A DNA stretch of 64,000 nucleotides from the NCBI GenBank assembly GCA_965285935.1, contig OZ260664.1, positions 65,038,001-65,102,000 of the forward strand, written 5' to 3'. This DNA is from Ophelia neglecta. Its lineage: Eukaryota. The notes beneath the pieces are model-generated. The model worked only from the letters and a program-made list of their open reading frames with translations, was not told the origin of the DNA and did not search any database. The translations under genes and the position numbers were made by a program. How positions within the stretch are numbered: the first letter of the stretch is position 1; each line of letters opens with the position of its first letter. This document shows positions 25,350 through 38,692 of the stretch, in pieces.

Positions 25350-27668
25350 CTGTAGCCTTGTCCGATGACAGTCTGTACACTGGTGGGGTGAGGAGGGGCT
25401 GGGGAGGTCCTCTCCACGATGCTCCAGGGGTGAGGGGCTGGAGGAGGAGGCGGTCATAGGGGACACTGAAGACTCAGACTTCTGTTCTGGGCTGGTCGAT
25501 GGTAAACTTGATGAACTATAGGGGCTGGGTGTCCTGGACATGGAGTCACAGCGGTTCTTGTGACTGTCCACCTCTCCAATCACTACTCGGTCTGACAGTC
25601 TGTCAGGGGACACTCTCACTTTGAGGCTGTTCTTGTTGCCAGCAAAAGAAGCACTCTTGGCATGAGGGACTGTGGCTGACTTGACAAAGGCGTCATACTG
25701 GAAGTGATAACGTTTTTTGGCTGTGTTAGTATATCCAGTGGTTAACAGAGCCTCTGCAGACTGCACTCTATTTGGATTGCCGGCAGCTTTCTGTAGTCTT
25801 CTGCTGTACTGTTTTGGGTAGAACTTTTTGTGCATAGTGTCCAGCAAGCTGATTGATTGTGACATCTGTCCGTCCGTCTCCACCGGGTGGTGCTCTGGAC
25901 TGTGAGGAGTGTCAGACGTACTGGAGCTGCTACTCAGGCTCCTGTGATGTGATGAGTTCTGACTACATAGTGTGGAGGAGGGAGTGCTGCTCAACTCCAT
26001 GGCTTCTTCCTCCTCACTAGCTTCATCATTAGACTTGAGCACATCCTCTACAATCACAGGCATCTGGGGCTTGGCTCTGACACGGCGTGACTCCCTAGAA
26101 GGCACCAAGACAACCGGTGCTCCTTGTATGTCATTACACTTGTCATTACATGCCACACATAATGAAGTCTGGCCTCTCTCGGATGCCTCATCAGCTGACT
26201 TCATGTAGTCACACTGATTGGGCCTTTGATCATCCATTGTCACCAGACAATCCATTGGCTCTATTCCTATATTACACTGTGTAGAGTTGGCAGGATTCCT
26301 GCTTATATCACTGTCCAGTAGTTTATGCTTTTCTGCAACTGCACATTTTTGGCACTCCTCGCAAAACTCGGCAGACACAGGTCTATCACTTTGAACAAAG
26401 ATATCATTAACACTATCATTGTCTTTTAAATTGACTGCGGGCTGTGATTTACTGCCATCCTTACTTTCCTTATGAAGGCGTCTATCTAAACTAGATGTGG
26501 GGTAGTCTATGTTAGAGGGTGAAGGGTCAGTTCCCCGGCTTGGTTTCCGTCTATCTAGACTACTCTCAGAACTGCTCCTTCTGCCTCTGGCCAGTCTGGC
26601 AGTGGTACTTTTGAAGGTCTGTGTGCCTCTAGATACCTTATTGTCTGACACTTGGTCTATCATAGAGGGCACCACTAACTTAGATTCAGGGCTCTGACTC
26701 CTGCTCTTCTCCCGTGACCTGCTTCGCCGTTTACGGAGTTTCTTTTCAGGCGAGCTGGCACTGCGGCTGACTTTTAGCCTTGTTTCATGTTTGTCCAAGG
26801 CAGGAGGAGGGGGAATAGAAAGAACAGGCTGTCGTCTGCCAGCGGTGGGAGAGGTGAGCTCCACACAGGGGGAGAGGGGTGAAGTCACTGAGCCTTCTCC
26901 ACTCCCCACCTCCTTAGTGCCCATCATAGTGGGGGCCACACTCTTCAGACTCAAGGTGGTTGGAGGTGGCCAACGCTTTCGAAAGAAGTCCTTGGGAACA
27001 TCGGCTGATCCAGGGAGACTGGAGGGCTTCACAACATTCACAGGCTGAACACCATTAGTCCTAGAGTCAGAGTCGACTTTGGTAGTCTTTGATATTGAGT
27101 CCATAGATCGACTTGAAAATGTCTTGTTCCTGTTGACATCCTTTGAAAAGCTGTTTTGTTGGTCAATGTTTCTAGTATCAGTTACTTTCCTGCTCTCAGC
27201 TAGGCGACCACAACTGTTGCTAATGCATTTCAAACTGATGTTTTCCCCACTTGAAGAAGAATCACTCCTTTCCTTGTGATATCCATTTTCATTGCAATCA
27301 GAAGCATTGCTTTTCGCATTAAGGTTATTTTCACTAACAGGCCTAGACTTTCGCACATTATTACAGTTCAGCTGATCCATCTTATAGAGGTTTGAGGTTG
27401 ATTGCACATAGTAGTAATCCTTGCCTATGTTGTTTGGGGTAGAGCGGTAGTTGTAATCTCCCTTTACGTACACCTTCCAGTCCTGCTTTTTAAAGTTACA
27501 GCAGTTGGGTAGTTTGGGAGGAGGTGTCAGCGTTTTGGGCCGTTCTGCACGACGACGTAAACCTGGCAGTGTGTTATTCCAAGAATCTGTACTAGAGTTG
27601 GAACAGGCGTCATCCAGAAGGCTGTGGTCAGCTATCAGGTCATTCTGGGCAAATATGGACAGAAAGTC
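25350..27668 (-). CDS. Very large coding exon: 773 aa, Ser/Pro/Arg-rich, probably disordered (DFLSIFAQND...CTDCHRTRLQ)
   Basis: Overlaps the non-repetitive 732-aa ORF, whose frame extends 65 codons upstream to the acceptor ttttctttcAG (plus ctg 27669-71). Donor CAG|GTGAGT (plus actcac 25344-49). 2,319 nt, phase 0/0, GC higher than the flanks. Confidence 0.92.
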
Positions 27669-28434
27669 CTGAAAGAAAATGGAACAATGGGTAAAAAAAA
27701 TTGTATTAAATGTTCAGGTACAATTCACAATGAACACATGACCGTAACAACATAAAGAGCTGAAAAAGATCACTTGACTTGGCTGCTAATGTCACACAAA
27801 TGTCATTTGCATTTTTGGCTACAAAGCTTTGTCTAAGGTAATGGTAAATAAACATAACACCATTCAAGGACACCTACGTGGCACGCTACTGCAATATCAG
27901 TTCAGATAGCACCATATGAGCCAAGTGCACACTGCTAAAGAGAAACATCACTTGTAAAACAGAATTCATGAACCAATAAATGTGATATAATATTTCAAAG
28001 TGAAGGTGTTTGTTACTAGTGCTACACACTAAATCATGGAAACGTGCCAACGCAATTACAAGGTGGGAGATAACCAAGTCTACAGTATTGTATACACTGG
28101 TAGATTTAGATACTTGTAAACAACAACAAACATTCCAAAATGACTGGTATAGTGACAAAAAGGACTGTACGGCTGAGCCAAACAAGGAAATGTCACATTC
28201 ACAGTCTGTATGTGAACTGTATGCTCAGAATTTTATTAGCAAACATTGCAAATAAAATACCATCCTTTTGTTATCAGTTTGTAACAACAGTCATTTATAT
28301 GTATATGTTACAAAGCAATTTCAGTTTTTATATAATTTCCTAATTCAGGGAGATGAAAGTTGTAACGAATATAATTCACAGAGCCCTGTAGTCAATCATT
28401 TGAAGATTAATTGGATGACTAATTGAATACAAAC

Positions 28435-28466
<32 letters not shown>

Positions 28467-28480
28467 GATTATATATATTA
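28435..28480. repeat. (AT)n microsatellite, imperfect
   Basis: Read directly from the sequence. Confidence 0.9.
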
Positions 28481-29566
28481 TAAACATACACATATATACT
28501 AACATAAATATCCTAGATTGAAACATGTATGAATATATATATATATTCACAATACAAGAGATGCAAAGACCAGTGTCAATATTATTGCCAATTAACTTGC
28601 TAATCTAGTTTCTCTAAATTGACTGTCAGGAGTTGCCTTTCCACTGAAACCCAAACAACCCATATTGGTATCCGTATGACACAGGATGGCATGGTACATT
28701 TAGTCTGAAAACAGCATTTTTGAACAGTAAGTCTCTCATGCCATACATACACTGGTATGTTAGCCCAGCGGTTTAACCATCAAAAACTGTGAACTACTCA
28801 TCTGAAGTCATCTAATTAACAAATCATTTCTCAACGTTTTATTCTGAGATGATTGCCAAGTTGCTGTTTAAGGTCTGTGAAGAATTTAAACCATTTTGAA
28901 AGTAATTAGTTTCTTTTGATAATGGACTGACTTTGTCTGACAAGCATAAACAATATTTTCATTTTAACTTCAGTGGTTTTGAATTTTTTTCCAGAAAAAC
29001 TAAGAAAACTTTGTCATTTTTGTCTTCCATGTCATGACTACAAAGGTCTAGGTAAGACCCTGACTGATTTATATAAAATATAATATGCACAAGAAGAGAC
29101 AGTCAAGTTAGTATTTAATCGAAGTCATTCATGTTTACCAGATTTACAAGCCGCTAGGTCGAGATATGCTTAAGCGAGATACTCTAAAGCGAGAAATGGT
29201 AAAGCATAGCTCCCAGAGGGGCATATAATTAAACTTGATTTCAATTCTTGTTACATCCTCTTGATCTGTGTACACCAGTAAACTCAGTAACACTGAAGAA
29301 CTAAGTAGAACTGTCAAAAACCATCCTAACAAATGGTGATGTTAGCATGGCATTAGAAAGTGGTTTGTAAGAAAGCTAAAAAAAAACGAGACTGACAAAC
29401 CTTTTTGAGCTCTAGTATGGTAAAAAACGCTATCATTGAAGCACTATTTACATGACTTCTGCTGCAGTTTGTTGGCTACTGTAGATGTTTATATCCAGAG
29501 GGCACATGGTAAGACACTGTGCAGTTACTGAGACTGAGGTTTTAGGCTATTATAAGATAGGCCACA

Positions 29567-29619
29567 GAGTGAGAGTGTGTGAGACAGAGAGAGAGATAGA
29601 GACCAAGAGAGAGAGAGAG

Positions 29620-29651
<32 letters not shown>

Positions 29652-29652
29652 T
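29567..29652. repeat. Compound (GA)n/(GACA)n microsatellite
   Basis: Read directly from the sequence. Confidence 0.92.
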
Positions 29653-32600
29653 GACACTGTTGCCATGTGCTAGGTGAGCCACTAGTTTCTGGGCCATATA
29701 GCAAAAAAAGTAGCAAAAAATGGTACATATTTTCTTCTTAGTAACTTCTCTTATCATAACAAACAATTTTAAGCCATTCTAATTAATGAACATTCCTTTA
29801 AACAAGTTTTACATTTCTGGAAATGATATAATGGATGCAAGTTTGAAAATTAATGGCATTTTCTATGCTGAAATGAATGCTGCCATGGTACCATCATGAT
29901 GTGCCATAGAAATATAAAGACAGATGTTCCTCATAGGATAAAAAAGGGAATTATAACCACATGATACAATGTCTCTAGCCCTCATCTCTACATACATGTA
30001 CAATAACATGGATGGGCCTTTAAAAATTGCCAGAAACATAATTGTTGTCAAATATGTGTGCAAATTCTATTAACAGAATGGTCTGTTGCTGTTCTACAAA
30101 TTGCTGTTTACCTTTAGTGATGTGAAAGATTTGTATGTCTGAAAAAGTTAGAAACCCAACAGAGCTAAAAGGTTAAGAAAATAAAAGAAAACAAAGCAAA
30201 TCAGCATAGTTACCACACACTGGAGGTTACAGCCTGCTGTAGGTAGGAATCAGATAAATAGCAGATATCACAGGTAAACTGAGGGACATGTCAGCAGGCC
30301 TGTTAGACCCTAGTATTGATACAGGTGAGTAGTGTCACTAGTGACATAGATAAACTCCCTGTCCAGTCTAAGTCAAGGGGACATCTTTGGTTAACCACGG
30401 TTCCCTACTCCAAACCTGCCAAATGTTACCTCTCACATGTGTTTCTCACAAATATCACTAGGTCATTGGACTACAGGGAACTAAGCTGAGGCAGGGCCCA
30501 CCATTCTCCAGCAACAAATGTAACTGCTAAAGCACTTCAGGCCAATATTGAAAGAAGCTGTCTGACAAGGCCATGATGAAACATCTCTCACAGCTGAGCT
30601 GGGTGGCCAGAGTTTAAACAGAAAGGCAACACAGCGGTCTGAATTACCATACCACTGTTATCTGGCCAACTTCTTCATAGAGACACATCTTTTTCTTCTT
30701 GTTGCTCTTTTCTTCAATAGCTGAAGTGAGGCCTAATTTACAGAAAACCTTTTCTCAGAGGATAGACATTTATTTATCAGATGATATAGGTCTTTTCCCG
30801 CCCCTCCATTTGCCCTCTAAACTTCTTTCTATCAGGATCTGTGTCCTGCCCTTTGTATACATTTCTGTGTTGAGGCCTAGAGCTTCACTAGCTGGCAGAC
30901 CAACAGAAGCTATAATAATGTGGGGCATAAAACTGGTTCTGGCTACCACCAATGGTGAAGTTTACACTAGTTTCTATTTTCTCTGGAGGAGCACTAGATG
31001 ACTTGGAGACCTGGGGGTTAGAATCACAGCTAACTAGGGCTGGTGGTTGTTCCTAGACCACTGACAGATATCTCCAAGACACAACACCAAGGACTCTAAA
31101 GGGCTCATCTGCTTCTATAGAATAAACAGAAACACCAGAGCAAAATAATTCTCTGTCAGCTACCGTGAGAAAACCAAAGTTATTCTTTCTTTGAAATTGT
31201 TCTCATCCGTAAAAAAAATAAAAATATAAAAAATGTGCCTGTACATTACAGCTTAAAGAACAATATAAGATTTGACAATAAAAACATAAAACTGTGTTTA
31301 AGATAAATTACTAAATTACAAACATACATGTATAGACCTACTAATACTCAAACAAAAATAAACATACATTTATAATTTCTAACTAGACAACAGAAAATTC
31401 GGCAAACCCGCAAACCAAATCTTATCAGTTTCTTGTAAAAACTGCAGAAGATCGATAATTCCTTTACCAGCAGACAGAACACTCCATTAGGTACCATTAT
31501 TTTGATCTATCCCCTGCCAAACTAATCTGATAGGTAACAATTCAACATGGAATAACATTCTAGTCAAATGGTGTATTGCCAATCTGGTAACTGGAAGTAG
31601 AGAATCCCAGAGAGAGCAATCCAAACTGATTTTCATTTACAATCCTAATGACTTATTAAGCTGTTTACATGACCTCCATTTTCAGCCAGTTGGAAAAACA
31701 TCATTGAGAGTCAAATGTGGATTGTAACATTTTCATTTGCTGGAGAAAAGGGCACTTATCATGGTGCCATGCACATCGTATGTGTTGAATGTTCAACTCA
31801 ATCAAAGAAGCAGAACGCTGGTCAGCACGTGCTGATAATATACTGGCCTTCAGAGAAGTAACAGAGGGTCAAGTATGGCCAGGCCCCAGGCCCAGTTCTG
31901 ATACAAACCACCTATTTACTGTAGTTACACCATGGATATAAATGTCTGTGTATTTTCTCTGAGGGTTGGTCCAGTAAGATAGACCATAACTTGTCTGCAC
32001 TACATTAACACCTGGGCTAAAGTGCCAAGTACAAAGCTTGCTTTTATCTATGAATCTATTGGTCAAAGAAACCAATTTCATCCCTACTTCAAAGAATACT
32101 AGTACCTGGTCACCCACATTACTATCTGTTTACTTGAGGGTTGCAGGTGAGTCCTCTCACTACATTGTATGTAATAAAATCCTGACTTTAATTTATGACA
32201 CCATTAATGTCAGGTTAATTACCATGTTGCAATGACCATTCAAGGCTCATGACATTTTGTTTGGTGAGGTGGAATTGTGTTGCATGATACAACAATGTCT
32301 AAGTCATTAGTACATGACTTATCTGAAAGGGTGTTTAATGATTTCTGAAAAGCCCACAACGATGGGGGAGGTCCAAATGGTAGGGATACATTTCAGACAC
32401 ATACCAGCCTCCTAAATCAAGTTACGCCCCATTGCAGCTCAGTGGAGTAGAACCCCTCCTTTAGTAGACACCTCTTATCCCAAGATCACCCCAAGATCAC
32501 ACTCACCAGCATCTGGAATCTGTTAGCAATTGTTATCAGTGAAATGTGCTGAGTGCAGGGTCTAAATAAAATGGTATTGATGCTAGTTAAAAGGATTGTC

Positions 32601-35600
32601 AATCACTCAGAGCATTGTTTAGTCCAGATCTGTGCAGATCAAGACTTTGTTTGGAGACCTCCCTCCATTAATCTGAACAAGGTATTCAGAAGTAGAGCCA
32701 GGTAATACAGCTATCTGGGTTATGTGTGTTATCAGTGGCCTTGACACAACTAAACAATCTCTTCTGCTGGGAAAATCCAAGGATGCCTCCTGAACAGATC
32801 AGTAATCTGTAGAGTGGCACACCTTGCCAAGTTTTCATGTGGCTCATATATCTAGCCATGTCTTATCTTTCTCCTGCATGAAAGAATGCAGAATTTCTAC
32901 ACCTCCTATGGTCTGAGTCTTTTAAGTTAATAAAATATAGACTTTGTCAATAACTGTGACCTGTAAACCATATATTTCATAAAATTATCCTAGAAGATAG
33001 CTTGCAGGTTAATTTGTAAAAATTCTAAAGGCCCTGGAATGTTTCAAAAATCAACACTCTTGCCCTCAGGCCCAAATACGACACACTTTATTCCTTACCA
33101 ATTTTGCAGGCTTCCATTGACACTTTTAGGGCATTATTTAATGGGATCACTTAATTTGAAATGGCGGTTACTGCAGTACCACAAAAATGAACAAAGGTAT
33201 GTCTAATATATCAAACAGTCTATCCTGGTACTTAAAGAATACCACTTTGAGTCAGACAAGGAATGTCGGAGAACACCATTTGTAAGTCAAACATTTCTGG
33301 CTAATAAATGGTTGACAAAGTCAAGTCACTGGCCACTTAAATCTGACAACACCCACTATACTTGGTGGATTAAAAATGTCTCCCTATTATCCAGAAACAA
33401 GCCATGTCTTTGTGATGGGAATGCTGCCTAATAAATCTGTGAATTATCTTAAAAAAAGGATATGGTTCATCTAAGTTGAAGAAAACAATGCTATGTTGGG
33501 AATATACTAAGCTATGCAATCCAAGTATCAACTAGCTCTTTTCATTATCTTTTTTTATCATAGAAGTTTTGTAGAATGTTACACATGATAAGAACAATAA
33601 TTGATATTGTAAACTGATAATGTGGACCATTACCTACCAATAGTTACCGACTCCATTGAGGCTTGAATAAACAAGATCAGTAACATTGCTAATGACAGTT
33701 AGCTTATTACTAAGGAAATTAATAGTAAACATACAACCAAGGTAATTAATGGTAAATACGTTTTATCTTATAAGTCCAACTGATCGAAATAACCGTTTTC
33801 TTTGAAATCACTTTTTCAAGTCAATATATAGTTAATACCAGGGTCAAGTTCCCGGTGTTCTTGTACGGGAGTGACAAATGAAACAAATAAACTATGCAGA
33901 GACATACCATATCTGGCCCCAGTCCATTAGAGGCTTGTTGTACCGTATCAAAATACCACCATCTCTGGACACAAACATGCCACTCCTCAAGATCAAATAT
34001 TACAGTAAATGGCCCATGACAAACCCATGTGTCTATAAAGAGGCCCTAGGAAAACCACTCTCTCTTATCAATGGCTATCTGGGAGGGGGTTGAAGGGTGT
34101 GGGTGGCATGAGAGAGAGAGAGGGGCAGGCAGGGTTACATCAAATACTATAGTGTCTGTCTTACTAATCAGAAGTACTTCTTTATAAAGAAGTAATTAAA
34201 GTTATATCTGATGTGTTCTTTTGCTTAAATTACACACATCTCTTTTCCACAAAGTATCCCTATCCACAGTCTCTTTTCACAATTCTTGGTCACAAGCCAC
34301 TTTTTTATTATCTTTGTGTATCTAATTATAATTAAAAGGCAGGTTTTTATCCACATGATTAGTACCCTTTAACAGGAATGGGAGCAACTAGCCCCCCCCC
34401 CCTTGCATTCATAAACTTGGTGTAATGATAACAAAGAAATAGTCAAGACTTGCTGTAGATGCTACAGAGAAAACATCAAGCATATCCCATGCTCGGATGG
34501 GGTTCTTATCTGGTATAATACATTATATAAAACAGTAATACAAGCTTGGAGTGTGACTTGCTCCCTAAAGAGATATGTAATTAAATGTAACCCACAGCTG
34601 AACTCTGTAACCTCTCAGATGGGGGCTACCACCAAGGCTTCAGATGTCTACACCACAATCAACTGTTAAACCCTCACAACTCACCACTATATATCTCTCC
34701 TCAAATTTACCCTTGAATAATGGTGAATGCCAATTTTAAGCACTTTGTAACTCAAGGCAGTGCATTAATACATTCATAGAGCTGATAGCCCTTCTTGCAG
34801 GTCACTGATAATATCTGCCTTTCCAGATTTATCCAACAATGTAATAGAGGCCTTGAAGAATCTTTCACCACAAATACAAAGTTGTCATTAATTGTTGTAA
34901 TAATTCTAGTTGTGCAAATACCACATTTCAGGATTTTAAGTATTGTGCTACAATTACACCATACACGAGCTCATAATCGATGATAATAACTACTCAATAG
35001 AAACTAATGTTTTCTACTTACGCCAGAACACATGAAGGATGCTTTCCACTCTCAAGCAATCATACATATCTGCCCTAAAAAACCACCAGGAGTAAAATAT
35101 GTCAGATTTGACTTTCAGAAAGACACATATTCTTCTTTTCATCAACTGGATGACAGCTATGTACATGTATATATGTGAAGCATATCGAGGAAAAATTTCC
35201 ACATAGGCATCCACCATTGTAGATATACTCCACTGGCATATCAGGTTTGTCAACACATATCCTCTGGGAATGAGTAACCCTCAATCTGTTATTACTCAAC
35301 AACAAGGAGGAAGTTCCTACTCAGTCTAAAGCCTCTGTGGTTGTACGCAATTCATTTACTGCCAGAAGCCACTCACTCCAGACAGCGGTGCATCCTAGCT
35401 AGACACAAAGTTACCAAGCAGAGGATAATCAGAACTTTCAGGCTCCTGTGCCATAACAAATTGTTCTAAATGTAAATAGAGTATCTCTGTGGTAAAAAGT
35501 TCCATTGATGCCAACTCAGATGACTTTTATATGGGCACAAGCAAACAGATGACTGCATGTCACACAGGGGCTATGTATCACGTGCTGCGTGCTACGCTGG

Positions 35601-37205
35601 GCTCTGTTTATACCTCGCTCGCCCACAATGATGTCCACACCCTTCATGGCTGATGAGCCCTTCTTGCATTTACTAGTAACATAATATCTAGGAAAAAGAA
35701 AGGAAGGTCTTCAAATACCGGGTAGGTGTACACCAGGTTGCACTGAATCAATCGCTATGATGATTGTTTTTCTGTGTTGAGTAATAGGGTGTTCTTTTAC
35801 ATCATGAATGAGTGAAACGTGTTATTTCTCTGAAGTCAATGGTTCTATTTCCTGTCAGTCCCAATGAGAACTTGGAATAATCTCCTTTACCTGAGAAGGC
35901 TATGACCGAATTATTCCTGCACTCAGGGCACAGATGAGAATTGTACCCCTCAATCAAGTCAACTGTAATACAGCAGCCCAGTTATCATACACAGTACCCT
36001 GCTGACTGCCATGTGGGATGGCTCTATCATTTGCAACACAACATCTGAAGGTCACACTATTGGCTAATAATGCACCAAAACCTACTTAATATATGCCTTG
36101 CCTCTATACAGAGTAGACAAGTTATGTGCCGACATTAGTAATTAACAACCGACTACCAGGTACATGTATATACAGTTTTCAGACACATCAACATACGTTC
36201 CTTCGACCAGTGCAGCAGCCATTGCAGACAATCCTGTCAATCTTGTATCTATTTAACTGCCCAGCTTGCCCTAACCTTTATCAAACTTCAGCTTGGTTAA
36301 TAGAGGTATACTTAATATGCATCATAGCTGATAAAAATGTTTTTTACTTCATTCCTACAGAAGTCTAAACATCTGGGATTGCAACCAGGCTAAGTTAGTT
36401 TAACATTTTGCTGCTGAGGATTGGAATCTGGCCATTACTTCCCTGGAGCCACTAAAATTACTTCCCCATCAGCTATCCCAAATGTGAGGATGGAATTCTA
36501 AGAAATTTACACAGTTTGAAAGTCTGGAAAAAAACAACTGCCTCACAAAAAAACTCTATTACTGACTAGAAAGTTACAAGAGACAGAACTGATTTGCAGC
36601 TAGATAAAGTGCATTATTATGTGACAGTAACTAGCTAAGGTAATTAAACAGTTCTAAATAAACTGCTTTCTAAACATTTCTTTGCATGTGGAATATTTAT
36701 GAGGTAATTGTCTCTATTTATCCTGACAATTACAAGTTACATACACATTTTATAAACACCTCATATTGGTGTTAAATTTGATTCAGGTAGTACTTAAATG
36801 TGGTATGTCAAGACTGGAGGATGTACAGGTAATAATATAAGTGGGAAGACAAGTCAGAGCATTGGGAGAGGAATGCTGCTGTAAAAGTTTACTGGTATGT
36901 TTAATTTAGAGGTTTTACCAGAGTTTCTACATAACTGCAGCACATTAGAGACGGCCTTGAGGATTCCACATAAATGGGCTCCTCAATGGGACCCATCTGT
37001 GCAGGCGTTGTCAGACTGCTTCTTCACTGACCCAAAGAAGTTTTTGAATTAGAGGTCAACAAAACAATAAAGCTCCAACTGTCTGTCTGTTTTAACACTT
37101 GTCATGATCAAGTTAAAGAAATATTCAACTTAAGTAAATAATATATTGAGATAAATAAATATCAACACTCCATATTTTGGAACCTGTATAATGCAAATTT
37201 GCAGC

Positions 37206-37250
37206 AAAACATTATTGTATACAATGTAAAACATTATTGTATACAATGCA
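37206..37250. repeat. 22-bp direct duplication (aaaacattattgtatacaatg, two copies)
   Basis: Read directly from the sequence. Confidence 0.85.
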
Positions 37251-37424
37251 TATGTAATTGTATACCATTATCGGAGGACTGGGTAACATGGATTAGGTTT
37301 AGATGTGTTCATTTCACCATCTTTGTCTGCCATGGGCATATATATGAGCATATATGATATACACTGTCATTAACCAGGTACCTGTGACATACCACAGACA
37401 AGCAAGTGTACCAAGAGGGCCACA

Positions 37425-38692
37425 GAGGGCGACAAAGAGAAAGCCAGGCAAAGCTTGGGAGGAAGGCACAGAGGGAGCATGGCAGGAAGGCAGAGAGGGA
37501 GCACGACAGGAAGCCACAGGTGGATCCAAAGAGGTAGACAAAGAGGAAGCCAGAGAGGGAGCATGGCAGGAAGGCAGAGAGGGAGCAAGACAGGAAGCAA
37601 CAGGTGGATCCACAGAGGAAGACAAAGAGGAAGCCAGAGAGGGAGCATGGCAGGAAGGCAGAGAGGGAGCAAGACAGGAAGCAACAGGTGGATCCACAGA
37701 GGAAGACAAAGAGGAAGCCAGGGGGAGCTTGGCAGAAGGCAGAGAGGGAGCAAGACAGGAGCCACAGGTGGAGCAGCAGATGGAGACAAAGAGGAAGCCA
37801 GGGGGAGCATGGCAGAAGGCAGAGAGGGAGCAAGACAGGAGCCACAGGTGGAGCAGCAGATGGAGACAAAGAGGAAGCCAGGGGGAGCATGGCAGAAGGC
37901 AGAGAGGGAGCAAGACAGGAGCCACAGGTGGAGAAGCAGATGGAGACAAAGAGGAAGCCAGGGGGAGCATGGCAGAAGGCAGAGAGGGAGCAAGACAGGA
38001 GCCACAGGTGGAGCAGCAGATGGAGACAAAGAGGAAGCCAGGGGGAGCATGGCAGAAGGCAGAGAGGGAGCAAGACAGGAGCCACAGGTGGAGCAGCAGA
38101 TGGAGACAAAGAAGAAGCCAGGGGGAGCATGGCAGGAAGGCAGAGAGGGAGCAAGACAGGAAGCCACAGGTGGATCCACAGAGGGAGACAAAGAGGAAGC
38201 CAGAGAAGAGCATTACAGGAAGGCAGAGAGGGAGCAAGACAGGAAGCCACGGGTGGAGCAGCAGATGGAGACAAAGAGGAAGCCAGAGAGGGAGCATGGC
38301 AGGAAGGCAGAGAGGGAGCAAGACAGGAAGCCACAGGTGGAGCAGCTGATGGAGACAAAGAGGAAGCCAGAGAGGGAGCATGGCAGGAAGGCAGAGAGGG
38401 AGCAAGACAGGAAGCAACAGGTGGATCCACAGAGGGAGACAAAGAGGAAGCCAGGGGAGCATGGCAGGAAGGCAGAGAGGGAGCAAGACAGGAAGCCACA
38501 GGTGGAGCAGCAGATGGAGACAAAGAGGAAGCCAGAGAGGGAGCATGGCAGGAAGGCAGAGAGGGAGCAAGACAGGAAGCCACAGGTGGAGCAGCAGATG
38601 GAGACAAAGAGGAATCCAGAGAGGGAGCATGGCAGGAAGGCAGAGAGGGAGCAAGACAGGAAGCCACAGGTCGATCCACAGAGGGAGACAGA
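37425..38692. repeat. Purine-rich minisatellite, about 15 copies: 84-bp units flanking a central block of 80-bp units
   Basis: Period is 84 (37491 to 37575) at the flanks and 80 (37741, 37821, 37901, 37981, 38061) in the centre. It is the source of the overlapping ORFs in all frames. Confidence 0.97.

Noticed and set aside
25972-27279. Plus-strand ORFs of 62-85 aa
   Set aside because: They are antisense shadows of the large minus-strand exon.
30770-31114. Exon-like region with a good acceptor at 31115
   Set aside because: All three frames hit stop codons within about 80 nt, so it is not supportable as CDS.
32430-32460. tRNA or SINE A-box-like sequence (gcagctcagtggagtaga)
   Set aside because: No B-box or cloverleaf follows.
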